A stretch of 20,000 bases of DNA from an uncultured virus (IMG/VR IMGVR_UViG_3300034073_002641). Taxonomy: Duplodnaviria; Heunggongvirae; Uroviricota; Caudoviricetes. The stretch is taken from IMG/VR virus record IMGVR_UViG_3300034073_002641, positions 56,756-76,755 of that record. One strand, given 5' to 3'. The position numbers were made by a program, and so were the translations under genes. Shown in pieces: positions 8,437 to 16,019 of the stretch. The notes beneath the pieces were generated by a model. That model saw only the letters and a program-made list of their open reading frames with translations, was not told the origin of the DNA and ran no database searches. Each line of letters opens with the position of its first letter. The first letter of the stretch is position 1.

Positions 8437-8624
8437 AAAATATTTGTAATCAGATTCATTTTACATTATATAAGATGAGAATTGGTTTGGGTGATGAAGC
8501 GTGGGATAAAGTTAGTGATAATGTTAGGCTTACAGTAAGGGCTAAAGCAGGGGATGAAGGAGTGATAAGCAATAAAATAATGAATCAAGGAGTGAATCAA
8601 GTAAAACTAAATGTAAAGTTATGA
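8433..8624 (+). CDS. Small array protein
   Basis: MKNI...QVKLNVKL; paralog of the next ORF. Confidence 0.75.
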   Translation: MKNICNQIHFTLYKMRIGLGDEAWDKVSDNVRLTVRAKAGDEGVISNKIMNQGVNQVKLNVKL

Positions 8625-8806
8625 ACAGTTTTTCTAATCAGATTCATGAAAAGTTGTACAAGAGGAGAATTAGTTTTGGAGTTAAAGTAAGTAATGAAGT
8701 ATGTAATGAATTAAGTGATAAGGTATGTAATAAAGTAAGTGATAAGGTATCTAATAAAGTAAGGGATAGGGTAGTGAAACAAGTAAAACAAAATGTAAAG
8801 TTATGA
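8621..8806 (+). CDS. Small array protein with an internal tetrapeptide repeat
   Basis: KVSN EVCN ELSD KVCN KVSD KVSN KVRD RVVK QVKQ. Confidence 0.8.
   Translation: MNSFSNQIHEKLYKRRISFGVKVSNEVCNELSDKVCNKVSDKVSNKVRDRVVKQVKQNVKL
8684..8791 (+). repeat. Degenerate 12-bp tandem repeat (about 9 units, consensus AARGTAWGTRAT)
   Basis: AAAGTAAGTAAT GAAGTATGTAAT GAATTAAGTGAT AAGGTATGTAAT AAAGTAAGTGAT AAGGTATCTAAT AAAGTAAGGGAT... Confidence 0.8.
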
Positions 8807-9027
8807 AGAGGGTTAACTCTATAATTGGTAATAGGGTTAATACTAAGCGTAATGACACTTCGGATAAAATATCTTATCATGTTGCTAGTTATATTCGTGG
8901 TATAATAAATAATGCTGTTAGTCGTAATCTTAATATGGAAGTGAAACACCCAATATACTGGGATGTTTTGAATAATGGCTGGAATAATATAGAGGTCTTA
9001 AATATTAACGTAGATGAGGAATATTAG
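8803..9027 (+). CDS. Small array protein
   Basis: MKRV; ORF track. Confidence 0.75.
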   Translation: MKRVNSIIGNRVNTKRNDTSDKISYHVASYIRGIINNAVSRNLNMEVKHPIYWDVLNNGWNNIEVLNINVDEEY

Positions 9028-9205
9028 TCATGAAATTGATATAAAAACACGTGGTAAAATCTTATATAAGTTATTTGATTATGTTGTGGGTTATGCCTGG
9101 GATAGAACCAGTAGGAGTAATAGCCCTATTAACAGACTATTATTTACGCAAACAAGTTTACCAGTTTGTTTGGTGATTGGTAGTAAATTAAAAAAAAATA
9201 AATGA
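9014..9205 (+). CDS. Small array protein
   Basis: MRNI; ORF track. Confidence 0.75.
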   Translation: MRNISHEIDIKTRGKILYKLFDYVVGYAWDRTSRSNSPINRLLFTQTSLPVCLVIGSKLKKNK

Positions 9206-9387
9206 AAAATATTAAATACATATTGGCAGATAGGGGGGTTTCTTTTACACAAAAGATGGCATATAAAACAGTATTTTTTGATCAGGATATAAAGAATAAA
9301 ATAACAGATGAGAAAATAAACTCAATTTATGAAAACACAAAAACTATCTTAAACAATGTAAAACATACAATATATGATAAATATTAG
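9202..9387 (+). CDS. Small array protein
   Basis: MKNI; ORF track. Confidence 0.75.
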   Translation: MKNIKYILADRGVSFTQKMAYKTVFFDQDIKNKITDEKINSIYENTKTILNNVKHTIYDKY

Positions 9388-9556
9388 TAAAATTGATTTG
9401 AAAATAACTAACAAATTACATTCGCCTTTAAATATAAAGGTATATAAGAAAATGGATTTCTGTTTACAAAATATAATGGGTAGGGTTTATGATAATATGC
9501 TAGTTGAGGTAAGTCACCAGTTTTATTCACTTATTAAAAATAACGTAAAAAAATAA
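9374..9556 (+). CDS. Small array protein
   Basis: MINI; ORF track. Confidence 0.75.
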   Translation: MINISKIDLKITNKLHSPLNIKVYKKMDFCLQNIMGRVYDNMLVEVSHQFYSLIKNNVKK

Positions 9557-9558
9557 TC

Positions 9559-9765
9559 ATGGAGAACATTGGTGTAAAGAATTTTCAGAAATGGGATATG
9601 ATTTGGGAGCATTTACTGGCTAAGTTGTCCAAGAAAGTAAATTATCTTTTGGAAGATAAGATAAGGGATAAGGCATTTTTCAATATATTGGCTCAGACAG
9701 AGAACCAGGTGTATTTTCAGACTTTAAATAATTTAAAAAAACATAATTATGGAGAACATTTTTGA
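9559..9765 (+). CDS. Small array protein
   Basis: MENI; paralog of the next ORF (L.A..S.K....LE.KIR.K). Confidence 0.75.
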   Translation: MENIGVKNFQKWDMIWEHLLAKLSKKVNYLLEDKIRDKAFFNILAQTENQVYFQTLNNLKKHNYGEHF

Positions 9766-9937
9766 AAAAAAATTAGATGATATATGGAGTATATTCCAGG
9801 AGAGGTTACAGGCTAGGGTGTCCAATAAATTATGCTCTAATTTAGAAGTTAAAATAAGAAGTAAAATGTATAAAGAAAATAGTGATGTTCACTGGCTTGA
9901 AGTTGAAAATAATTTAATAATAGGCAACAATGAATAA
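9749..9937 (+). CDS. Small array protein
   Basis: MENI; ORF track. Confidence 0.75.
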   Translation: MENIFEKKLDDIWSIFQERLQARVSNKLCSNLEVKIRSKMYKENSDVHWLEVENNLIIGNNE

Positions 9938-10115
9938 TATAAAGTATGATATTAGTTTTAATTTTCCCTATAGGAAAAGATTAAATAATGCAGTTGACTG
10001 TGTTGAACACAAGACTTATGATTGTGCAAACAATGTTATTTTTTCAGTAGTTTGGTTAAGAACTTTACCTTTATATAGAGAGGTTGTAGAAAAAGTAAAA
10101 AAACAAATAGAATGA
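9930..10115 (+). CDS. Small array protein
   Basis: MNNI; ORF track. Confidence 0.75.
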   Translation: MNNIKYDISFNFPYRKRLNNAVDCVEHKTYDCANNVIFSVVWLRTLPLYREVVEKVKKQIE

Positions 10116-10333
10116 AGAATATTCATTACACAATTGGAGCAAAATTTAGTAATACCCATGACAAAATTTCAAATAAAGTATTTGATTGTGTTGGGACTTC
10201 TATTTCAGTTAAATCTTTTAATTCAAAAGAGGATGTAATATACCAGCTTCTTGATAGATCCTTTGATATAGAAGAGGATATAATAATCCAGGTTCTTGAC
10301 CGTCTTAAAACCCAAATATATGAAAAATATTAG
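10112..10333 (+). CDS. Small array protein
   Basis: MKNI; ORF track. Confidence 0.75.
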   Translation: MKNIHYTIGAKFSNTHDKISNKVFDCVGTSISVKSFNSKEDVIYQLLDRSFDIEEDIIIQVLDRLKTQIYEKY

Positions 10334-10502
10334 TAAAAAGGTTAATTTACGTACTAGAGTTGATGCTGCTATGTTTGTAATTACAATTAATCGTATAAAT
10401 GGTGTTGCCTGGGGTTGTACTTGGGATATTTCTAATGACATTAAAAAAATTGAATCTACTTATGATGTGTGTAAGGAGATTGAAAATAAATTAGAAAAAT
10501 AA
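10320..10502 (+). CDS. Small array protein
   Basis: MKNI; start moved to ATG 10320. Confidence 0.75.
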   Translation: MKNISKKVNLRTRVDAAMFVITINRINGVAWGCTWDISNDIKKIESTYDVCKEIENKLEK

Positions 10503-10503
10503 T

Positions 10504-10701
10504 ATGAAAAAGATTAAGATTGGAGGTCAAGCCAAATTACGTGCTGAAATGTTAGACATAGTGTCAAATCACACTATGCAAAAATCTTGGCGTAAGATAG
10601 GGGATATGATATCTTATAATATAGAAATGCAGATAACAGATCAGGTTTATTCTCATATTGAAAATAATTTAAAAAAGAAATTAAACTATGAAGAATATTA
10701 G
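10504..10701 (+). CDS. Small array protein
   Basis: MKKI...DQVYSHIENNLK. Confidence 0.75.
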   Translation: MKKIKIGGQAKLRAEMLDIVSNHTMQKSWRKIGDMISYNIEMQITDQVYSHIENNLKKKLNYEEY

Positions 10702-10906
10702 AACAAGTGTTAGTGAATGTATGAATTATTTAAGACACAATAAATTTACAGCAAACACATCTGTTGTTCTTGGAGATAATGATAAAGTAACTAACACTGT
10801 TCATCAGAGTATGAAAGATAAAGTAAATTTTTCAATTATATTTCTAATTCAAAGTGGTTATGAGGTACGTAATGTGATTGAAAACAAATTAAACTATGAG
10901 AAATAA
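10688..10906 (+). CDS. Small array protein
   Basis: MKNI...IENKL. Confidence 0.75.
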   Translation: MKNIRTSVSECMNYLRHNKFTANTSVVLGDNDKVTNTVHQSMKDKVNFSIIFLIQSGYEVRNVIENKLNYEK

Positions 10907-11141
10907 AAAAGGGGTGATTAGGGATTTTACAATTACTTTTATACAAAGGATGTATAAACAACAAAATAGAAATGGCTTTGAGGAAAATATACATCATAAT
11001 CTAATTGATTCAAATCTTGATGGTGGAAGAGATATGTTTAGAATTTGCCTTTCTACACAAAATGGTAAAGTTAATAGAGAAATTGAATTTAGTTCTGCTG
11101 TCAAAATGGAATTGGTGAATAATTTAATTTATAAAAAATGA
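10896..11141 (+). CDS. Small array protein
   Basis: MRN...NNL; 81 aa. Confidence 0.7.
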   Translation: MRNKKGVIRDFTITFIQRMYKQQNRNGFEENIHHNLIDSNLDGGRDMFRICLSTQNGKVNREIEFSSAVKMELVNNLIYKK

Positions 11142-11329
11142 TAAATTTTAGAGGAAAGATTGGTGATGATATACTTGATTTTATTCGGGGTATGCATAAA
11201 ATAAAAATAGATGATTACATTGCAATTGACGTATATACCAATGTGGTTGAAGTTACTATTCATGGTGCAAGCGGTGTATTAAGGAGTTCAATATTTAACC
11301 AGGTTGAGAATAATTTAAAAAACAAATAG
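11138..11329 (+). CDS. Small array protein (IGD/QVENNLK subgroup)
   Basis: Similar to the next three ORFs. Confidence 0.8.
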   Translation: MINFRGKIGDDILDFIRGMHKIKIDDYIAIDVYTNVVEVTIHGASGVLRSSIFNQVENNLKNK

Positions 11330-11518
11330 ATGAGAAATGTTAAAAGAAATATTGCTGATAAGATAAATGCTTTTAGATGGTACAAGTGTAGGCCAAGAAT
11401 AAATGGTTACGTTATGGAAAATGTAATTGGCAATATAACTAATCCTTTTATTGGTGTAAGTGCTATAGCAAGGATTTCAATATCTGACCAGGTTGAGGAT
11501 AATTTAAAAAACAAATAG
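11330..11518 (+). CDS. Small array protein (IGD/QVENNLK subgroup)
   Basis: MRNV...SISDQVEDNLKNK. Confidence 0.8.
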   Translation: MRNVKRNIADKINAFRWYKCRPRINGYVMENVIGNITNPFIGVSAIARISISDQVEDNLKNK

Positions 11519-11725
11519 ATGAGAAATGTTAATGCAAAAATTGGTTATATTCTAAACAACATTAGGTGGGATAAATATGACCAAAAAACAATAAATAGTG
11601 TTGGGCCTGATCTATATGATATTGTTGTTGAATATGCTCTTCTTGGTGTAAGAGGAACAGTATTCAAGGCTTCAATACTTGACCAGAATGATACTAATTT
11701 AAATAGGAATGATGAGAAATATTAG
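11519..11725 (+). CDS. Small array protein (IGD/QVENNLK subgroup)
   Basis: MRNV...GVRG...SILDQ. Confidence 0.8.
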   Translation: MRNVNAKIGYILNNIRWDKYDQKTINSVGPDLYDIVVEYALLGVRGTVFKASILDQNDTNLNRNDEKY

Positions 11726-11915
11726 AACAAGTATTGGTGATAAGATAAACTTTTTTAGATTGGCTAAATCTCTAACAAGAACAGATGATTGTCTTAAAGC
11801 CAATGTATATAATAGTGTGAGTGATAAAACTCTTAATGGTGTAAGAGATATATTAAAGATTACACTATATAGTCAGATTGAAAATGAATTAGAAAAACAA
11901 CATGAAGAATATTAA
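11709..11915 (+). CDS. Small array protein (IGD/QVENNLK subgroup)
   Basis: (M)MRNI..IGDKIN.FR...GVR...QIENEL. Confidence 0.8.
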   Translation: MMRNIRTSIGDKINFFRLAKSLTRTDDCLKANVYNSVSDKTLNGVRDILKITLYSQIENELEKQHEEY

Positions 11916-12111
11916 AAAAAATATTAATTTAGCATTCAATAGTAATGGAACACACAATAAGATAGTTAATCTTATTAGCACACATAGAAGTCATTATGAA
12001 TGTTCTTATATATATGATTTTATAGTTTTTGATCCAGGACAAAGACAAATTCCCTTTTCTAGTGTAAATCACGGGATTAAAAAACAAATTAAAAAAAACA
12101 ATAAATTATGA
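11902..12111 (+). CDS. Small array protein (last of array 2)
   Basis: MKNI; ORF track. Confidence 0.75.
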   Translation: MKNIKKNINLAFNSNGTHNKIVNLISTHRSHYECSYIYDFIVFDPGQRQIPFSSVNHGIKKQIKKNNKL

Positions 12112-12515
12112 AAGCAAAATTCACAGTTACAAAAGAGTTTGACATTGAGTATTTGTTTGTTGAGGCTGGTGTAAGACGCTGGGATGATGGTATAATGAAT
12201 GGGATTGAGGATAAGGATGGTAACATTCCTTGTAGGGATGGGGATTGTTGGAAGCCATTGATAAACATCAATACTGGAAAGATTGTAAACTGGACCCAGG
12301 GGGTTAGGGCAACCACGCATTATAAGGTATGTGATAATGGGACATATAAACTTCTTGATAGCAATATGGAGTTAATAAAGAAGATTAGGGATTATGTTCC
12401 CAGGATGTTATCTCCAAAGAAGGATGGTTGGGGTGATTATATTATTATGGACATTGATTCTGATGGGCAGATAAATGATTGGAAGGTTATATTGGATGAA
12501 TTTTATTACGAATAA
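12108..12515 (+). CDS. Conserved phage hypothetical protein
   Basis: VEAGVR.W.D...NG.ED...IPC..GD.W.P...HYKVCD.G.Y...YVP...GDYIIM.ID motifs. Confidence 0.75.
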   Translation: MKAKFTVTKEFDIEYLFVEAGVRRWDDGIMNGIEDKDGNIPCRDGDCWKPLININTGKIVNWTQGVRATTHYKVCDNGTYKLLDSNMELIKKIRDYVPRMLSPKKDGWGDYIIMDIDSDGQINDWKVILDEFYYE

Positions 12516-12519
12516 AAAT

Positions 12520-12813
12520 ATGAAACAGCTTTACTTAAAAAATAAAATTGAGCAAATGATTGATATAAGGGAACTGGATGAGAAATATCATTATTTTGAA
12601 CAATTCTATAATCCAAATATATCATTTAGGGTTGCCCCAGAAAATTATTTAATTGCTGAGACAATGATAAAACATTTGGGCAATCCCCAGCCTGATTTCA
12701 TACAATTATCAGTTGGGATTATAGATAGTGGTAATTATAATGAATTGGTTAATTTGGGTAGAAACAAGATTAAAAAACAATTAATGGATGATTATCCGGA
12801 GATGTATAAATAA
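12520..12813 (+). CDS. Hypothetical protein
   Basis: Start moved to ATG 12520; 97 aa. Confidence 0.65.
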   Translation: MKQLYLKNKIEQMIDIRELDEKYHYFEQFYNPNISFRVAPENYLIAETMIKHLGNPQPDFIQLSVGIIDSGNYNELVNLGRNKIKKQLMDDYPEMYK

Positions 12814-12819
12814 AATGAT

Positions 12820-13140
12820 ATGAAGTTTTATATTGGCAAATACAATGGGGAGATGGTTGATGATGTATTCCAGAAGGATATAAACTATTGTAGTTGGTTT
12901 GTTAGGACATTTCCAAATTCAAAAACATCAACATATATACAAAGCAAGAATATCCCAATGAAATTAAGTCGTGATCATATGTTCTGGTTTGGCAAACATA
13001 AGGGTAAGAAGATAATTGATGTATTGGAGCAGGATTTTAGTTATTGCAAATGGTTTGTGGAGACATATCCAATAAAGAATGAAACAATGTTTATTATCCA
13101 GACAAAGAAATATAGTGATTATATAAATAAACCCCAATGA
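12820..13140 (+). CDS. Protein with two tandem FGK[YH]KG...YCxW domains (ExoX C-terminal/DUF3820-like)
   Basis: FYIGKYNG..V.DV...D.NYCSWFV.TFP and FWFGKHKG..I.DV...D.SYCKWFV.TYP. Confidence 0.75.
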   Translation: MKFYIGKYNGEMVDDVFQKDINYCSWFVRTFPNSKTSTYIQSKNIPMKLSRDHMFWFGKHKGKKIIDVLEQDFSYCKWFVETYPIKNETMFIIQTKKYSDYINKPQ

Positions 13141-13144
13141 TATT

Positions 13145-13177
13145 TTGGTATTTGGGATAAAGTTTGTATCTTAGCAG
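13145..13177 (+). promoter_or_regulatory. Possible Bacteroidota-type promoter
   Basis: TTTG elements followed by TATCTTAG (one mismatch to TAnnTTTG) in an intergenic gap. Confidence 0.4.
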
Positions 13178-13202
13178 GAGAAATAAACAAAACCAAAAGA
13201 CT

Positions 13203-13430
13203 ATGGAAAGATTATGGATGTTATTGCTTGGAAAACGTTATGGTATATTCAAAAATGATAAAAATGAATATTGCCAGGTTACAAGGTTCTACGATAACAA
13301 TAAGGAGAAATATTATATTATCTTTTCTGATGGTAAGTTTGGTAGCATTGCAAATAAACCAGCCATTTGCACAACAGTTGAGAAGAAGGTGGTAAAGATC
13401 CTTAAAGAGGGTGGTTATATTTTAAACTAG
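13203..13430 (+). CDS. Hypothetical protein
   Basis: Start moved to ATG 13203; 75 aa. Confidence 0.6.
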   Translation: MERLWMLLLGKRYGIFKNDKNEYCQVTRFYDNNKEKYYIIFSDGKFGSIANKPAICTTVEKKVVKILKEGGYILN

Positions 13431-13479
13431 TAAAAACAATTAAGTTTCAGTTGCTAAAAAAGACATAAAAACTATAAAA

Positions 13480-14574
13480 ATGGTAAAAATATATAAAATA
13501 TTTTATGAAAATAACCCAAATGTGATTTATATTGGTAAAACAGAAAAATCATTGGAACTTAGGTTTAGACAACATATATATAATTCTAAAAAAAATAAAA
13601 AAACTAAATTATATAATTGGCTTAGTAAATATGGTTATAATGATTTAAAAATTTCACTTATTTGTGAAGTAGAAAAAGATAAAGGTGATTTTGCTGAAAT
13701 AGAAGAAATAAGATTACATAAAGAAAGAGGTTTCATTTTAAAAAATCAAACAAATGGTGGTGATGGTGTTAGAAAGGGTTATAAACATACTCAAGAAGTT
13801 TGTATTAAAGTTAGAGAAAGAAGTCTTTTGAGTGGTGTTTTTAAAGGTGAAAAAAATCCTTTTTTTGGTAAAACAGGTAAGAAAAATCACAAATCAGTTG
13901 AAACTTATCAATATTCTTTGAATGGTGATTATATTAAATCTTTTGAATCTCAAAACTTATTAATTAAAGAGTTAGGTTTGCCTTTATGTAATAGGTTAAT
14001 AAGTAGAGCATGTAAAACTGGTGGAATAGCATATGGTTATTTATGGTCAAATATTAAATACGATAAATTAGAACCAAAAAGATATAAAGGTGAACACATG
14101 TCAGAATCTGATATACTTTTGGTGTTTGAAATGTATCAAAATGGGTTTAATTTTAGTGAAATTGAAAAAAAGACTAGATTTAGTAGAGCTCAAATAACAC
14201 GTAAATTAAAAAAGAATTTTAATATTGATAATAAATATAAATCAAAAGTTTATATGTTAGAATCTGATATACTTTTAGCATTTGAAATGTTCCAGAAAGG
14301 TTTAACTATTAAAGAAATTGAAAAAAAGACTGGGTTTAGTGGTTCACAGATTAGAAAAAAATTAAAAAACAAATACAATGTTGAGTTTGAACATTTTGTA
14401 TTAGATGAATTGGTTATAGCTAAAGCTGCTAAACAATATGAAGAAGGTGTTAGTTTTTATAAAATTTATAAAGAATTAAATAAAGATGTGAGAGTTAGTA
14501 GAGACAGGCTTACAAAAAAAATTAAAGAATATTTAAACACAAAGGTTAATATGAAACATGAAAATTGCACCTAA
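13480..14574 (+). CDS. GIY-YIG homing endonuclease with NUMOD-like and HTH DNA-binding modules
   Basis: KIY...IYIGKT...RFRQH...E...N.T.GGDG; KGEKNPFFGK (NUMOD3-like); YQYSLNG..IKSFES...ISRAC...YGYLWS (NUMOD1-like); duplicated ESDILL.FEM.Q.G....EIEKKT.FS..QI..KLK HTH. Confidence 0.88.
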   Translation: MVKIYKIFYENNPNVIYIGKTEKSLELRFRQHIYNSKKNKKTKLYNWLSKYGYNDLKISLICEVEKDKGDFAEIEEIRLHKERGFILKNQTNGGDGVRKGYKHTQEVCIKVRERSLLSGVFKGEKNPFFGKTGKKNHKSVETYQYSLNGDYIKSFESQNLLIKELGLPLCNRLISRACKTGGIAYGYLWSNIKYDKLEPKRYKGEHMSESDILLVFEMYQNGFNFSEIEKKTRFSRAQITRKLKKNFNIDNKYKSKVYMLESDILLAFEMFQKGLTIKEIEKKTGFSGSQIRKKLKNKYNVEFEHFVLDELVIAKAAKQYEEGVSFYKIYKELNKDVRVSRDRLTKKIKEYLNTKVNMKHENCT

Positions 14575-14607
14575 ATACCATATAGGTAAAACAAACTTTT
14601 GCATCTA

Positions 14608-14622
14608 AACATATTTATAATA
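14608..14622 (+). promoter_or_regulatory. ATATTTAT motif, possible phage late/middle promoter
   Basis: ATATTTAT at 14611-14618, 16 nt before the ATG; the same motif lies 17 nt before the minus-strand ATG at 15971. Confidence 0.4.
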
Positions 14623-14634
14623 AACTATAAGATT

Positions 14635-15054
14635 ATGTATGAATACAAAGCAACAGTAAAGCGAATCATTGATGGGGACAGTTTAATCCTGGACATTGAT
14701 TTGGGTTTTTACATGTTTATGAATGAGACCAAGATTAGGTTGTATGGATTGGACACACCAGAGATGACATCAGAGGATCCATTATTAAGATTACAGGCAA
14801 TTATGGCCACAAGGTATTTGTTTGATAATTTAAAGGTTGGGGATAAGGTTACAATAAAGACTGTGCTTGACAAGCGTGAGAAGTATGGTAGATTATTGGC
14901 AACTGTATTCACAAAGGATGGGTTAAACATTAATGAGGGATTGATTCAGAACAAACTAGCTGTATCATATCACAATTTAACCAGGGAGGAACAAATCCAG
15001 AAACATTATGAGAACCAGGAGTATTTAATTAACAAGGGATTTATTATTCTTTAA
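14635..15054 (+). CDS. Thermonuclease (staphylococcal nuclease-like)
   Basis: YEYKA.V.RIIDGDS...DIDLGF...IRLYGLDTPE...EKYGRLLA...INE.LI...LA; start moved to ATG 14635. Confidence 0.9.
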   Translation: MYEYKATVKRIIDGDSLILDIDLGFYMFMNETKIRLYGLDTPEMTSEDPLLRLQAIMATRYLFDNLKVGDKVTIKTVLDKREKYGRLLATVFTKDGLNINEGLIQNKLAVSYHNLTREEQIQKHYENQEYLINKGFIIL

Positions 15055-15073
15055 TTGCTTTTTTCATTTAAAC

Positions 15074-15116
15074 AAAGAACCCCTCATATATAACAATATG
15101 GGGGTTTTCTTATTTT
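15074..15116. terminator. Probable bidirectional terminator between convergent genes
   Basis: AACCCCTCATAT...ATATGGGGGTT stem flanked by A- and T-rich tracts. Confidence 0.7.
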
Positions 15117-15194
15117 AAGGCAATTTAAGACACACTATAATAAAAGACAAGCACCAATAGCAAAACATATCATAAAGTTAAGCACAATGCAATT

Positions 15195-15971
15195 CTATGC
15201 CTTATTTGATGCCTTTTGTGAAGCCAAGAACTTATCATATAACATATCAATAAAACCTGGTTGTTTATTATCACTTGATGTAATACCTGTATCTGATGAT
15301 GAACCTGTTGATAGGGGAGAAATATTAATGTTTTCAATATTTGGTAATATCTTCTCTAACTTCTTTCCAGTATCAACAATAATTCTATTACCACTATCTC
15401 TTCTATATTCAAGAACTTTACCAACAAGTTCTCCAATACTTAAATTCTTTTTAACATCTTCATTAAACTTATTTGCAAACTTCTTAAACCAACCTGGACC
15501 ATTCCAAGTGGCATAGATGAAATTAAATGTCAATGCTTTACTACTATTAACAATCTTCTGTGCTTCTGGTGTAAGATATTTCCTCATATATAAATCAAAC
15601 TGTGGTTTCATCATTTGTGCAGCCAATACCTTTAACCTATCACCCAATTGACCACCTTTATAATTCCAATCCCAAGTATTCTTTGCATTAGCATTATCAA
15701 TTAAAGTCCAGAACTCCCTACCAGCAGAAGTTGTATTGATTGAACCACCTCTTAATCTATCAATCCCAAACATAGTTTCACCAGAATTACCATACTTAGA
15801 CCAATCACCTTTTAATCTATACCTCATATCTGGATGGTAATATCCACCTTCTAACTGATCTATCACTTGTCCAGTTAATGTAACAAAATCAACATTATCA
15901 TTTGTATTCTCACTAATGACATTCATTATTTGTTTGAACCTATTCACTTGCTCATTTAATCTATTTCTCAT
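15195..15971 (-). CDS. GH108-like peptidoglycan hydrolase with an N-terminal leader
   Basis: LEGGYYHPD...SGETMFGID resembles the GH108 EGGY..HP.D.GGET..GI motif; start moved to ATG 15971 (MRNRLNEQVNRFKQIM). Confidence 0.6.
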   Translation of the reverse strand: MRNRLNEQVNRFKQIMNVISENTNDNVDFVTLTGQVIDQLEGGYYHPDMRYRLKGDWSKYGNSGETMFGIDRLRGGSINTTSAGREFWTLIDNANAKNTWDWNYKGGQLGDRLKVLAAQMMKPQFDLYMRKYLTPEAQKIVNSSKALTFNFIYATWNGPGWFKKFANKFNEDVKKNLSIGELVGKVLEYRRDSGNRIIVDTGKKLEKILPNIENINISPLSTGSSSDTGITSSDNKQPGFIDMLYDKFLASQKASNKA

Positions 15972-15985
15972 ACTATATGTTTTAT

Positions 15986-15999
15986 TACATAAATATATC
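15986..15999 (-). promoter_or_regulatory. ATATTTAT motif upstream of the minus-strand gene
   Basis: Minus strand reads GATATATTTATGT, 17 nt before the start. Confidence 0.4.
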
Positions 16000-16019
16000 A
16001 AGAAATAAGTTTTCTCACA

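Larger units (their letters stand above)
8433..12111 (+). repeat. Array 2 of tandem small MKN[IV]-family ORFs (19 ORFs)
   Basis: Uninterrupted chain of 60-81 aa ORFs with overlapping or abutting start/stop codons. Confidence 0.88.

Noticed and set aside
675..12111. CRISPR array or integron reading of the periodic junctions
   Set aside because: Repeats are degenerate and overlap coding sequence, spacers are 150-200 bp open frames, and no attC-like hairpins, cas or integrase genes are visible.
675..12111. Stop-codon recoding turning the arrays into one long gene
   Set aside because: Modules change frame and end in TAA, TAG and TGA; long genes in the window read cleanly in the standard code.
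675..12111. Diversity-generating retroelement as the source of variability
   Set aside because: No reverse transcriptase is present, and differences between paralog pairs are not confined to adenines.
1424..14930. Minus-strand ORFs (1424, 4402, 4559, 8110, 8644, 10223, 12069, 12089, 14709) and plus-strand 5322-5513
   Set aside because: They are shadows of better-supported plus-strand genes.
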